The notes under the pieces were generated by a model. The model searched no databases. It was not told the origin of the DNA and saw only the letters and a list, made by a program, of their open reading frames with translations. The translations under genes were made by a program, and so were the position numbers. 64,000 bases of DNA from Kiritimatiellia bacterium (lineage in GTDB: Bacteria; Verrucomicrobiota; Kiritimatiellia; RFP12; UBA1067): assembly GCA_017395505.1 (NCBI GenBank), contig JAFPUH010000001.1:4044-68043 (forward strand). The letters run 5' to 3'. Of the stretch, positions 8,688-17,642 are shown piece by piece; position 1 is the stretch's first letter, and every line of letters begins with the position of its first letter.

Positions 8688-10129
8688 CCCTTGATCAGAA
8701 CTCAACCCCACTGGCGGATGCGCTGGATGCACAGCGCATAAACCGCCTTGCGCATTTCGACGTTCCCGCGCACAAGGGGGGCAGGATGAACGCCGAGCTG
8801 CCGGAGTATTTCGGCAAGCGCTGCATGGAGCTTGATGTCAACTCCATGAAGCCCCTGGACAACCTTGGCCACCCCGTGAGTGTGATCCGCGACGCCCAGA
8901 CGCTCGCGGCCGAGGCTTTCGGTGCGGACAACTCGTTCTTCATGGTCAACGGCACGACATCCGCCGTGCAGACGATGATCTGGACGGCGTGCGGCCGCGG
9001 CGACAAGATCATCCTGCCGCGCAACGTCCACCGCAGCGCGATCAACGCGCTCGTCGTGAACGGCGCGATTCCGATCTACATCAACCCCGGCCGCGACAAG
9101 CGGCTCGGCATCCCGCTCGGCATGTCGGTCGAAGACGTCAAGAAGGCGATCAAGGACCACCCCGACGCGAAGGCGATCCTGGTGAACAATCCGACCTACT
9201 ACGGAATCTGCTCCAACCTTCGCGCGATCGTCAGGCTCGCCCATGCCGCCGGAATGCTCGTGCTCGCCGACGAGGCCCACGGCACCCACTTCTACTTCCA
9301 CGAGCATCTGCCCGTCTCCGCGATGGCCGCCGGCGCCGACATGGCCGCCGCCTCGATACACAAGACGGGCGGTTCGCTTACCCAGAGCTCGATACTCCTC
9401 ACGCGCAAGCCGGTGAATCCCGACTACGTGCGTCAGGTGATCACGCTCACCCAGTCCACCTCGGCCTCTTACCTGCTCCTCTCTTCGCTCGACATCGCGC
9501 GCCGCAAGCTCTACTTCAAGGGCCGCTCGATGTACCAGAAGACGATGGACTTCGCGGACTACGCGCGCGAGGAGATCAACGACCTCGGCGGATACTACGC
9601 GTTCGGCCCCGAGCTGGTCGACGGTGACGCGGCCTTCGCGTTCGACCGCACGAAGCTCTCCGTCCACACGCGCGACATCGGCCTCGCCGGCATCGAGGTC
9701 TACGACCACTTGCGCGACGACTACGGCATCCAGATCGAATTCGGCGACATCGGCAACCTGCTGGCGATACTTTCGGCCGGCGACCGAATGATGGATGTCG
9801 AGCGCCTCATCTCGGCCCTCGCCGAGATCAAGCGTCTCCACGAGCGCAGCGCCGCCGGACTCTTCGACCACGAATACATCGACCCCGTAATCGCCATGGG
9901 CCCTCAGGAGGCGTTCTACGCGAAGAAGCGCCGCGTGCCGATGAAGGAGACGGTCGGCCTTATCGCCGGCGAATTCGTGATGAGCTATCCGCCGGGTATT
10001 CCGATCGTCGCCCCTGGCGAGCGCATCACCCCCGACGTGCTGGAGCACATCCTCTTCGCCAAGGAGAAGGGCTGCTTCATGACCGGTACCGAGGATATGA
10101 ACCTCGACTATCTTCAGGTCGTAGGCTAA
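8684..10129 (+). CDS. arginine/lysine/ornithine decarboxylase (fold-type I PLP, Firmicutes SpeA-like)
   Basis: VNGTT, RNVHRS, DEAHG, SIHKT PLP lysine, YPPGIP. Lies in a polyamine operon. Confidence 0.9.
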   Translation: MTLDQNSTPLADALDAQRINRLAHFDVPAHKGGRMNAELPEYFGKRCMELDVNSMKPLDNLGHPVSVIRDAQTLAAEAFGADNSFFMVNGTTSAVQTMIWTACGRGDKIILPRNVHRSAINALVVNGAIPIYINPGRDKRLGIPLGMSVEDVKKAIKDHPDAKAILVNNPTYYGICSNLRAIVRLAHAAGMLVLADEAHGTHFYFHEHLPVSAMAAGADMAAASIHKTGGSLTQSSILLTRKPVNPDYVRQVITLTQSTSASYLLLSSLDIARRKLYFKGRSMYQKTMDFADYAREEINDLGGYYAFGPELVDGDAAFAFDRTKLSVHTRDIGLAGIEVYDHLRDDYGIQIEFGDIGNLLAILSAGDRMMDVERLISALAEIKRLHERSAAGLFDHEYIDPVIAMGPQEAFYAKKRRVPMKETVGLIAGEFVMSYPPGIPIVAPGERITPDVLEHILFAKEKGCFMTGTEDMNLDYLQVVG

Positions 10130-10140
10130 GGAGGTTTCAG

Positions 10141-10986
10141 GTGGAACTTTGGTATACCGACCAGCATACTGACGATGTCCGCTTTTCCATGAAGGCTTCC
10201 GTGCAGGTCGCCTCGAAGAAGAGCGACGTGCAGCAGATCGACATTCTCGACACTCCTGCGTACGGGCGCGTCCTCGTGCTCGACGGCGGCCTGATGACGA
10301 CCGAGAAGGACGAGTTCATCTACCACGAGATGATCACCCACGTGCCGATGGCCGTCAACCCGAACGTCAAGAACGTTCTCGTCATCGGCGGCGGCGACGG
10401 CGGAACTGTGCGCGAGCTTACGAAGTACCGCAAGATCGAGACGATCGATCTCGTCGAGGTCGACAAGGACGTGGTGCTTCTCGCTAAGAAGTATCTGCCG
10501 TTCACCTCGTCGAAGCTCAAGGACAAGCGCGTCAGCGTCTGGTTCGAGGAGGGGCTGCGCTACGTCCGCGGCAAGAAGGCCGAGTACGACCTCATCATCG
10601 TCGACTCGTCCGATCCCTACGGTCCCGCCGAGGGTCTCTTCACGCGCGAGTTCTACGGTACCTGCTACAAGGCTCTGCGCGACGACGGTATCCTCATCAA
10701 CCAGCACGAGTCGCCTTTCTACTACGCCCACCAGCGCTCGGTGCGCGACGCCCACAAGCACATCGCCGTCGAGTTCCCCGTTTCGACCGTCTACCAGTGC
10801 CACATCCCGAGCTATCCTTCGGGACACTGGCTCTTCGGCTTCGCGTCGAAGAAGTACCATCCTATCGAAGACCTCAACGCGCCGCGATGGAACAAGCTCG
10901 GCATCCGTACGCGCTACTACAATACCGATCTCCACCGCGGTGCGTTCGCGCTGCCGAACTACGTAAAGGATCTTCTCAGCAAATGA
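10141..10986 (+). CDS. speE: spermidine synthase / aminopropyltransferase
   Basis: DEFIYHEM, VLVIGGGDGG, DLIIVDSSDP. Confidence 0.94.
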   Translation: MELWYTDQHTDDVRFSMKASVQVASKKSDVQQIDILDTPAYGRVLVLDGGLMTTEKDEFIYHEMITHVPMAVNPNVKNVLVIGGGDGGTVRELTKYRKIETIDLVEVDKDVVLLAKKYLPFTSSKLKDKRVSVWFEEGLRYVRGKKAEYDLIIVDSSDPYGPAEGLFTREFYGTCYKALRDDGILINQHESPFYYAHQRSVRDAHKHIAVEFPVSTVYQCHIPSYPSGHWLFGFASKKYHPIEDLNAPRWNKLGIRTRYYNTDLHRGAFALPNYVKDLLSK

Positions 10987-11825
10987 GCTTCATCGGCGCC
11001 GACAGCACCTTCGAGGACTCCCGCATCGTCATCTTCGGTGCGCCATACGACTCCACAACGAGCTTCCGTCCCGGCACCCGCTTCGGCCCTGCCGCCGTCC
11101 GCTCCGAGTCGTTCGGCATCGAGACCTACTCGCCCTATCAGGACCGCGACCTCGAGACCGACGTGGCCGTGCATGACGCCGGCGATCTCGAGCTTCCGTT
11201 CGGCGCGCCCGACCGTGCGCTCGCGATGATCGAGGCGAAAGCCGACGAGATACTCTCGGCGGGCAAGATACCTTTCCTATTGGGCGGCGAACACCTCGTC
11301 TCCCTCGGCGCTGTCCGCGCCGCAGCGAAGAAGTATCCCGATCTGCACATAATCCATTTCGACGCCCACGCCGATCTTCGCGAAGACTACCTCGGCGTCA
11401 GGCTCTCCCACGCCTGCGTAATGCGCCGCTGCCACGATCTTCTCGGCGACGGACGAATCTGGCAGTTCGGCATTCGCTCCGGCACGCGCGACGAGTTCGC
11501 CTTCATGCGCGAGGGCCACGTGACGACCGAGCCGTTCTCGGTCAACACCCTCGCCTCGCTCTCGTTTCCCGAAGGTACGCCCGTCTACCTGACGGTCGAC
11601 CTCGACGTGCTGGATCCCTCGGAGTTCCCTGGCACCGGTACGCAGGAGGCTGGCGGACTTCGCTTCACCGAGCTTCTTTCGGCGCTGACCGAGATACTGC
11701 GGCGCCTCAATGTCGTCGCCCTCGACAATGTGGAGCTTTCGCCCGGGCTGGACGCCTCGGGCCGTTCGACGGCGCTCGCGTGCAAGATACTTCGCGAGCA
11801 GCTGCTTTCGCTTGCAAGACGCTAA
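10983..11825 (+). CDS. speB: agmatinase
   Basis: GGEH, DAHAD, DLDVLDP ureohydrolase motifs. ATG 10983 overlaps the speE stop. Confidence 0.93.
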   Translation: MSFIGADSTFEDSRIVIFGAPYDSTTSFRPGTRFGPAAVRSESFGIETYSPYQDRDLETDVAVHDAGDLELPFGAPDRALAMIEAKADEILSAGKIPFLLGGEHLVSLGAVRAAAKKYPDLHIIHFDAHADLREDYLGVRLSHACVMRRCHDLLGDGRIWQFGIRSGTRDEFAFMREGHVTTEPFSVNTLASLSFPEGTPVYLTVDLDVLDPSEFPGTGTQEAGGLRFTELLSALTEILRRLNVVALDNVELSPGLDASGRSTALACKILREQLLSLARR

Positions 11826-11844
11826 CAAGAACCAGGAGTACAAT

Positions 11845-13122
11845 ATGGCCAGGGTAATGCTAATCGGTGCGGGTGGTGTCGCGGGTGTGGCCGCGGCCAA
11901 GATGGCGCAGAATCCGGATGTGTTCGGCGAGCTGCTGATCGCCTCGCGCACGAAGTCCCGCTGCGATGCGATAAAGGCGGATATCGAAAAGCGCGGCTTC
12001 TCGAAGGGCGGCCTCAAGACCGCGATCACGACCGCCCAGCTCGACGCGATGGATGTCGCCGCGACGACGGCGATGATCCGCGAGTACAAGCCTGATCTCG
12101 TGATGAACATTGCCTTGCCGTATCAGGACCTCGCGATCATGGACGCCTGCCTCGCCGCAGGAGTCAGCTATCTCGACACAGCCAACTACGAGCCGCCGGA
12201 CGAAGCGCACTTCGAGTATTCCTGGCAGTGGGCCTACCGCGAGAAGTTCGAGAAGGCCGGGCTTACGGCGATTCTCGGCTGCGGCTTCGATCCTGGCGTC
12301 ACGCAGGTGTTCTCGGCCTACGCGCAGAAGCACTACTTCGACACAATCGAGACGCTCGATATCCTCGACTGCAACGGCGGCGACCACGGCTATCCTTTCG
12401 CGACGAACTTCAACCCCGAGATCAACATCCGCGAAGTCGCGGCCAAGGGCAGCTACTGGGTGGCCGATCCCGCCGCCGACAAGCCCGAGGTCGCCGTCGA
12501 GAACCGCAAGGCGTTCGACAAGGGCTGGTGGGTCGAGACTGCCCCGATGGCGATCAAGCGCGTCTACAACTTCGATCAGGTAGGCGAGAAGGACATGTAC
12601 CTTCTCCACCACGAGGAGCTGGAGTCGCTCGGCTGCAACCTCAAGGGCATCAAGCGCATCCGCTTCTTCATGACCTTCGGACAGAGCTACCTCACCCACC
12701 TCAAGTGCCTCGAGAACGTCGGCATGACGCGCATCGACCCCGTCGACTTCAAGGGACAGAAGATCGTGCCTATCGAGTTCCTCAAGGCGCTCCTGCCCGA
12801 CCCCGCCTCGCTTGGTCCGCGCACGAAGGGCAAGACGAACATCGGCTGCATCTTCCATGGCGAGAAGGCCGGCAAGCCCGTCGACTACTACGTCTACAAC
12901 GTCTGCGACCATCAGGAGTGCTACGCCGAGGTCGGCTCGCAGGCGATCAGCTACACGACCGGCGTTCCCGCGATGATCGGCGCGAAGATGTTCCTTGAAG
13001 GCAAGTGGACCGAGAAGGGCGTTCACACCTGCGAGGAGTTCGACCCCGATCCCTTCATGGCCGAGCTGAACGTCCAGGGTCTCCCGTGGAAGGAGACGTT
13101 CGATCCTGTCAAGGTTCCCTGA
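11845..13122 (+). CDS. carboxy(nor)spermidine dehydrogenase (saccharopine dehydrogenase family)
   Basis: IGAGGV, ALPYQDL, YLDTANYE, GCGFDPG, FATNFNPEIN, HEELESL, YTTGVP. Confidence 0.92.
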   Translation: MARVMLIGAGGVAGVAAAKMAQNPDVFGELLIASRTKSRCDAIKADIEKRGFSKGGLKTAITTAQLDAMDVAATTAMIREYKPDLVMNIALPYQDLAIMDACLAAGVSYLDTANYEPPDEAHFEYSWQWAYREKFEKAGLTAILGCGFDPGVTQVFSAYAQKHYFDTIETLDILDCNGGDHGYPFATNFNPEINIREVAAKGSYWVADPAADKPEVAVENRKAFDKGWWVETAPMAIKRVYNFDQVGEKDMYLLHHEELESLGCNLKGIKRIRFFMTFGQSYLTHLKCLENVGMTRIDPVDFKGQKIVPIEFLKALLPDPASLGPRTKGKTNIGCIFHGEKAGKPVDYYVYNVCDHQECYAEVGSQAISYTTGVPAMIGAKMFLEGKWTEKGVHTCEEFDPDPFMAELNVQGLPWKETFDPVKVP

Positions 13123-13130
13123 CGGATCGG

Positions 13131-13715
13131 ATGAGCCGCAAGAAATATCCCATACGCATACCGCGCTTCGCCGCCGGCATCCGTGCGCAGGAGTCGCGCT
13201 TGGGCGCTGGCCGCAGCTGGTGGTCTCGCCGCTGGCGCGAGATAATGGAGCGCATGGGCCTCGGCGCACGGCTTGGACGCGGCCGCAACTACGCGGCCTC
13301 GGGTCAGGTGGTCTCGCTCAAGATCGCTGGTCCTCACATCGAAGCGAGCGTCGTCGGTACGCGCCCCGACCCGTATTTGATCACGATCGACTTTCGCACT
13401 CCGGCCGACGATGCGCGAGAGCGCATTGTCTCTTCTCTCCGCGCCAAGCCAATGATGGTTGCGCGGCTGTTGGCGGACGATCTGCCCGTCGAGGTCGAAA
13501 CGCTCTTCAAGGCCGAGGGCTGCGACCTCTTTCCTGGCGGCAGGCTCTCTCCCGGAAAATACGACATGACGACGAAGTGCAGCTGCCCCGACTACGCCAA
13601 CCCGTGCAAGCATTCGAGCGCCGTGCTGCTTCTTCTCGGTGAAGAGGTGGCGAGGCGACCCGCGTCGCTCCTGGAGCTGCGCGGCATCACACTCGAGGAG
13701 CTTTATGAAGATTGA
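13131..13715 (+). CDS. SWIM zinc-finger protein (SNF2-partner type)
   Basis: WW..RW, RLGRGRNYA, CSCPDYANPCKH. Confidence 0.9.
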   Translation: MSRKKYPIRIPRFAAGIRAQESRLGAGRSWWSRRWREIMERMGLGARLGRGRNYAASGQVVSLKIAGPHIEASVVGTRPDPYLITIDFRTPADDARERIVSSLRAKPMMVARLLADDLPVEVETLFKAEGCDLFPGGRLSPGKYDMTTKCSCPDYANPCKHSSAVLLLLGEEVARRPASLLELRGITLEELYED

Positions 13716-13881
13716 GACGCCGATACTGAAGCGCCTCGGGCCGGTGCCTTTCTGGCGCGGAGAGCGAAAGTGCATCGACAGTCTCGAGGCCGCCTACCGC
13801 AGAGCCATCGAATACGCCACCGCCAAGCTTTGCGGCGAGGCGCCTACTTCATCGAAGGCAGCACGATCCCGCGCAGTATGA
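13705..13881 (+). CDS. small ORF resembling the C-terminal tail of SWIM proteins
   Basis: GAGGAG RBS, ATG 13705, LKRLGPVPFWRG motif. Overlaps the SWIM gene end. Confidence 0.5.
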   Translation: MKIETPILKRLGPVPFWRGERKCIDSLEAAYRRAIEYATAKLCGEAPTSSKAARSRAV

Positions 13882-15268
13882 CCTTCTGGCAGAGAAGGAA
13901 CACCGCCGCAGTCGGAATCGAAACGAGCACGAAACCGGCCATCACGCACCACGGCTGATGCGCGAACGTCTGAGACATCTGGTACATCCAGACGGCGAGC
14001 GTCCAGTGAGACTCCTTCTGGCAGACGAGGAACGCCCACTCCCACGACGAGTATGCGTGGATGAACGAGTTCAGCGCGTTGACCGCGAGAATCGGCGTCG
14101 TCATCGGCAGCGTGATCTTGAGGAAGACCGTCCATTCGCTCGCGCCGTCGATCGCCGCCGCCTCGTAGAGTTCGCGCGGCAAGGCGTCGAAGAATCCCTT
14201 GAGAATGAAGATCGACATTCCGCTCGCGACGCCCGGCAGCACGAGCGCGGCGAAGGTGTTGAGGAGCCCAAGGTCGCGAATCAGCAGAAAGCCGGGTATC
14301 GCGGTTACCGCCGCAGGAAACGCCATCGTCGCGAGAAGGAAGAGTATGATCTTCTCGGTGGACTTAAGGCGAAAGCGCGAGAGCGCATACGCCGCGAGCG
14401 GGTTCACCGTGAGCGACGCGAGTATCGAGAGAATGACGAGCAGTAAGGTGTTCGCGAAGGCGCGTCCGCGCAGGAAGAGGTAGTCGCCGACGAGCGAGTA
14501 GTTGGCGAACGCGCTCTCCGCGAAGTCGCGCCAGCCGTGCTCGACGAACTGCACCGCGAGCGCGTTGCGTATCTCGTCCGCACTGTCCTTGAGCGGATAC
14601 GGCATCGCCCTCGACACGTAGTCGCCGCGCTCGAGCGAAGACTTCGCGTACCACGACTTGAACGCGAGGAAGGTGGCGTACTTCTCGTCGCCCGGAACAT
14701 CTTTGGCCGGATTCATCTTCGACTCCGCCGAGAAGCTGATCTCGAAGAACGACCTGTGGCGGATGGGCCATGCGGCGTTGAGAGCGTCGATGTCGCCGTA
14801 GCGCGACTTTACGAAAGCCGGAACGTCTCTCGCGTCGTAGTCGCAGACGAGCGCATGCGGATCGGCCTCGGCGAGACGCCCCAGAAAGGCGCGGGCCCGC
14901 TTGCGGCGCTCGCTCCACGGCTCGGCGGTGTCGGCTAGCTCGTGGCGCGCGAACGCCGCAACGCCCTCGTGGTCCTGGGCAACCTGCGACCAGCTCGTCC
15001 ACGAATCGGGCGCGTCGGGATATACCTCTCGCGGAAACACCCTGAAGCGCATCGCGATTGACCGCATGAAGCGGTCGTCGCGGTCGAAGAGCGCGCGGAC
15101 GAACGGACTGTGCCTCTGGTAGTCGTAGGCGGACGAGAAGCTGGCGGAGATCATCACCGCGAAGGGATACACCATCGTCACGGCGCCCAGCGTGAGCAAA
15201 GCGTATACCAAGGCGAGGAATATCCTCGCCTTTGCCGTCTTGCGTTCCGATTCCAGTATCACAGCCAT
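13844..15268 (-). CDS. carbohydrate ABC transporter permease (MalG-like) with large periplasmic insertion
   Basis: EAA loop LPRELYEAAAIDGAS, AAYALSR, C-terminal TM helices. Confidence 0.9.
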   Translation of the reverse strand: MAVILESERKTAKARIFLALVYALLTLGAVTMVYPFAVMISASFSSAYDYQRHSPFVRALFDRDDRFMRSIAMRFRVFPREVYPDAPDSWTSWSQVAQDHEGVAAFARHELADTAEPWSERRKRARAFLGRLAEADPHALVCDYDARDVPAFVKSRYGDIDALNAAWPIRHRSFFEISFSAESKMNPAKDVPGDEKYATFLAFKSWYAKSSLERGDYVSRAMPYPLKDSADEIRNALAVQFVEHGWRDFAESAFANYSLVGDYLFLRGRAFANTLLLVILSILASLTVNPLAAYALSRFRLKSTEKIILFLLATMAFPAAVTAIPGFLLIRDLGLLNTFAALVLPGVASGMSIFILKGFFDALPRELYEAAAIDGASEWTVFLKITLPMTTPILAVNALNSFIHAYSSWEWAFLVCQKESHWTLAVWMYQMSQTFAHQPWCVMAGFVLVSIPTAAVFLLCQKVILRGIVLPSMK

Positions 15269-15317
15269 GATGGCGAGCATTATACCAAAATTGAGGATTA
15301 TTTGGTATAATAGTGGC

Positions 15318-15878
15318 GTGCGGATTCTAATAGCAGGAAGCAGCGGCGGAATCGGCAGTGCGGTTGCACAGGCGGCTCGCACGGCCGGATATGATGTCAT
15401 GGACTGGAACCGCGCAGATTTCGAGAGTGGGGCGGAACTTCCCGATGGACCATACGACGCCTTCGTTTTCGCGACTGGAATGTGCTGCGTAAAGCCTGTG
15501 ACTCAGCTTTCCGACGAGGACTTCCTCGGGGCCGTGCGCGTGAACTGCCTGCTGTTCGTGCGTCTCGTGCGCGAGATCGTTAAGCGCGGCCTGAACTCCG
15601 CAGACGGCATGAAAGTAGTTGCGGTCTCGAGCGTTTCCGCGAACGAGGGCTGGCCGGGCGGCGTCGCCTACTGCGCGTCGAAGGGTGCTCTTTCTGCTGC
15701 GTGCCGCGCGCTCGATACGGAGCTTTCGTGGCGCGGCGTTTCCGTCCGTGCGATAGAGCCGCGGTACGTGAAGACGAGAATGTTCGACGGCTGCGCGGGG
15801 CGCATGGGCGTTCCTGCGAGCGAGGCGAGGGATCCGCGCGAACTGGCGGACGAGATTTTGAAAGGACTGACAAGATGA
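15318..15878 (+). CDS. short-chain dehydrogenase/reductase
   Basis: AGSSGGIG, VSSVS, YCASK. GTG 6 nt after TGGTATAAT. Confidence 0.85.
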   Translation: MRILIAGSSGGIGSAVAQAARTAGYDVMDWNRADFESGAELPDGPYDAFVFATGMCCVKPVTQLSDEDFLGAVRVNCLLFVRLVREIVKRGLNSADGMKVVAVSSVSANEGWPGGVAYCASKGALSAACRALDTELSWRGVSVRAIEPRYVKTRMFDGCAGRMGVPASEARDPRELADEILKGLTR

Positions 15879-16372
15879 GCGAAGCACTGGTCGGCATTGT
15901 TATGGGCAGCGATTCGGACTGGCCCCTGGTAAAGAAGGCGTGCGAGACGCTGGACAAGTTCGGCGTCGCCTACGAGACGCGCGTCATATCGGCGCACCGC
16001 ACGCCCGAGGTCGCGATAGAGTATTCGAAGAGCGCGGAGTCGCGCGGGCTCAAGGTTGTGATTGCGGCGGCTGGCGGCGCGGCGCATCTCGCGGGCGTGC
16101 TGGCGGCGGGAACCGTTCTGCCGGTTATCGGCATTCCGGTCGCGGGTGGTGCGCTTAACGGACTTGATGCGCTCTACGCCACGGTGCAGATGCCGGGCGG
16201 GGTGCCGGTCGCGACTGTCGCTTGCGGCAGTGCGGGTCCGGTGAATGCGGCCCTCCTGGCGGTGCAGATCCTCGGCACGGCCGATGCCGCGCTGCGCGAG
16301 AAGTTTCGTGAACACAAGGAGGAGCTGAAGCGAAAGGTCGCTGCGGCGAACGACAGGATACATGCGTCTTGA
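15875..16372 (+). CDS. purE: N5-carboxyaminoimidazole ribonucleotide mutase
   Basis: MGSDSD, SAHRTP, AGGAAHL, QMPGGVPVATV. Confidence 0.96.
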   Translation: MSEALVGIVMGSDSDWPLVKKACETLDKFGVAYETRVISAHRTPEVAIEYSKSAESRGLKVVIAAAGGAAHLAGVLAAGTVLPVIGIPVAGGALNGLDALYATVQMPGGVPVATVACGSAGPVNAALLAVQILGTADAALREKFREHKEELKRKVAAANDRIHAS

Positions 16373-17141
16373 CGAACTGAGAAGGCTTTACGACGAATAC
16401 GTCGACACGTACCGCGAAGAAGGCGGTGCGCTGCCGTCGATGATGCAGCTTAAGCGCGCGCATACCGGTTTCGTCGTTAAGAACGCGACGCTGATAGCGG
16501 ACGGCGAGGGATTCGACGACCTCACGCGAGAGGTCGCGCTCTCCGCCGCGCTGCTGCACGATACGGGACGCTACGAGCAGCTCAAGCGCTTCAATACGTT
16601 CAAGGATTCCGATTCCGTCGACCACGCCGTATTCTCGCACGACATCGTCAAGGAGAAGGGCTGGCTCGCGAAGGCCGGATCGCCTAGGCCGGATGCGATA
16701 CTCGCGGCAGTGCTGTACCACAACAGGCGCGATCTGCCGGACGGGCTCGACACGGTGACCCTTGCTGCCTCGCACACCGTGCGCGACGCCGACAAGCTCG
16801 ACATCTTCCGCGTACTGCAGCACGAGATCGCGAACACCGACTGGCGCAAGGACTCGCGCGCGTTCTGGAACCTTTCGACGAGGCTGCCGCCGAACCCGGT
16901 CGTCGTGGAGTGCATAGAGAACAGGCTGCCCGTCGACTACCAGAACATAAAGTCGCTTTCTGACTTCGTCATGATACAGGTCGGGTGGATGGTCTCTGGC
17001 CTGCACTATGCGACAACGCGCCGCCTTTGCGCGGAGCGCGGACACCTCGAGTACAGGCGGAGGTTTCTGCACGAGCTGACGGACGATCCGTCCATCGACC
17101 GCGTGTGCGACCTAGCGGCCAAGGAGCTTTCAAAGATATAG
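16362..17141 (+). CDS. HD-domain phosphohydrolase
   Basis: H...LLHDTGR...DH...H...RDADKLDI. Confidence 0.88.
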   Translation: MRLDELRRLYDEYVDTYREEGGALPSMMQLKRAHTGFVVKNATLIADGEGFDDLTREVALSAALLHDTGRYEQLKRFNTFKDSDSVDHAVFSHDIVKEKGWLAKAGSPRPDAILAAVLYHNRRDLPDGLDTVTLAASHTVRDADKLDIFRVLQHEIANTDWRKDSRAFWNLSTRLPPNPVVVECIENRLPVDYQNIKSLSDFVMIQVGWMVSGLHYATTRRLCAERGHLEYRRRFLHELTDDPSIDRVCDLAAKELSKI

Positions 17142-17155
17142 GAAGGATAGTGCAA

Positions 17156-17632
17156 ATGTTTTTTGCTACGATACAGCATTGGGATTTCTGGCAGATATTC
17201 ACCTGCAAATGGTTCTGCTGCGGACTCGGCGGATGGATCGTCGCGTCGATCATAAAGATGATTATCGCCGCGTGGAAGACCCACGAGTTCGATTTCGTCT
17301 ATCTCGTGTCGACAGGCGGCATGCCGTCCAGCCACTCCGCGACAGTCGCGGCGCTCGCCTTCAGCATTGGCTACACGGAGGGCTTTGGAACTCCGCTCGC
17401 GACGCTTGCCGTGGCGTTCGCCGTGATAACGATGTTCGATGCTGCGACCGTGCGCCGCGCGGCGGGCGAGCATGCGAAGGTCTTGAACGCGATCGTCCGC
17501 GACATCAAGGAGCTGAAGTTCAAGCCGCGCAAACGCTTCAAGGAGCTGTTGGGCCACTCGAGACGCGAGGTGTTCTGGGGCATGATAACAGGCATACTGT
17601 GGGCCACGCTCATCTGCCATTTCTGGAAGTGA
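17156..17632 (+). CDS. divergent PAP2-family (DUF212) membrane protein
   Basis: TGGMPSSHSA, MFDA..VRRAAG, KELLGH. Confidence 0.9.
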   Translation: MFFATIQHWDFWQIFTCKWFCCGLGGWIVASIIKMIIAAWKTHEFDFVYLVSTGGMPSSHSATVAALAFSIGYTEGFGTPLATLAVAFAVITMFDAATVRRAAGEHAKVLNAIVRDIKELKFKPRKRFKELLGHSRREVFWGMITGILWATLICHFWK

Positions 17633-17642
17633 GGTGGCGCGA

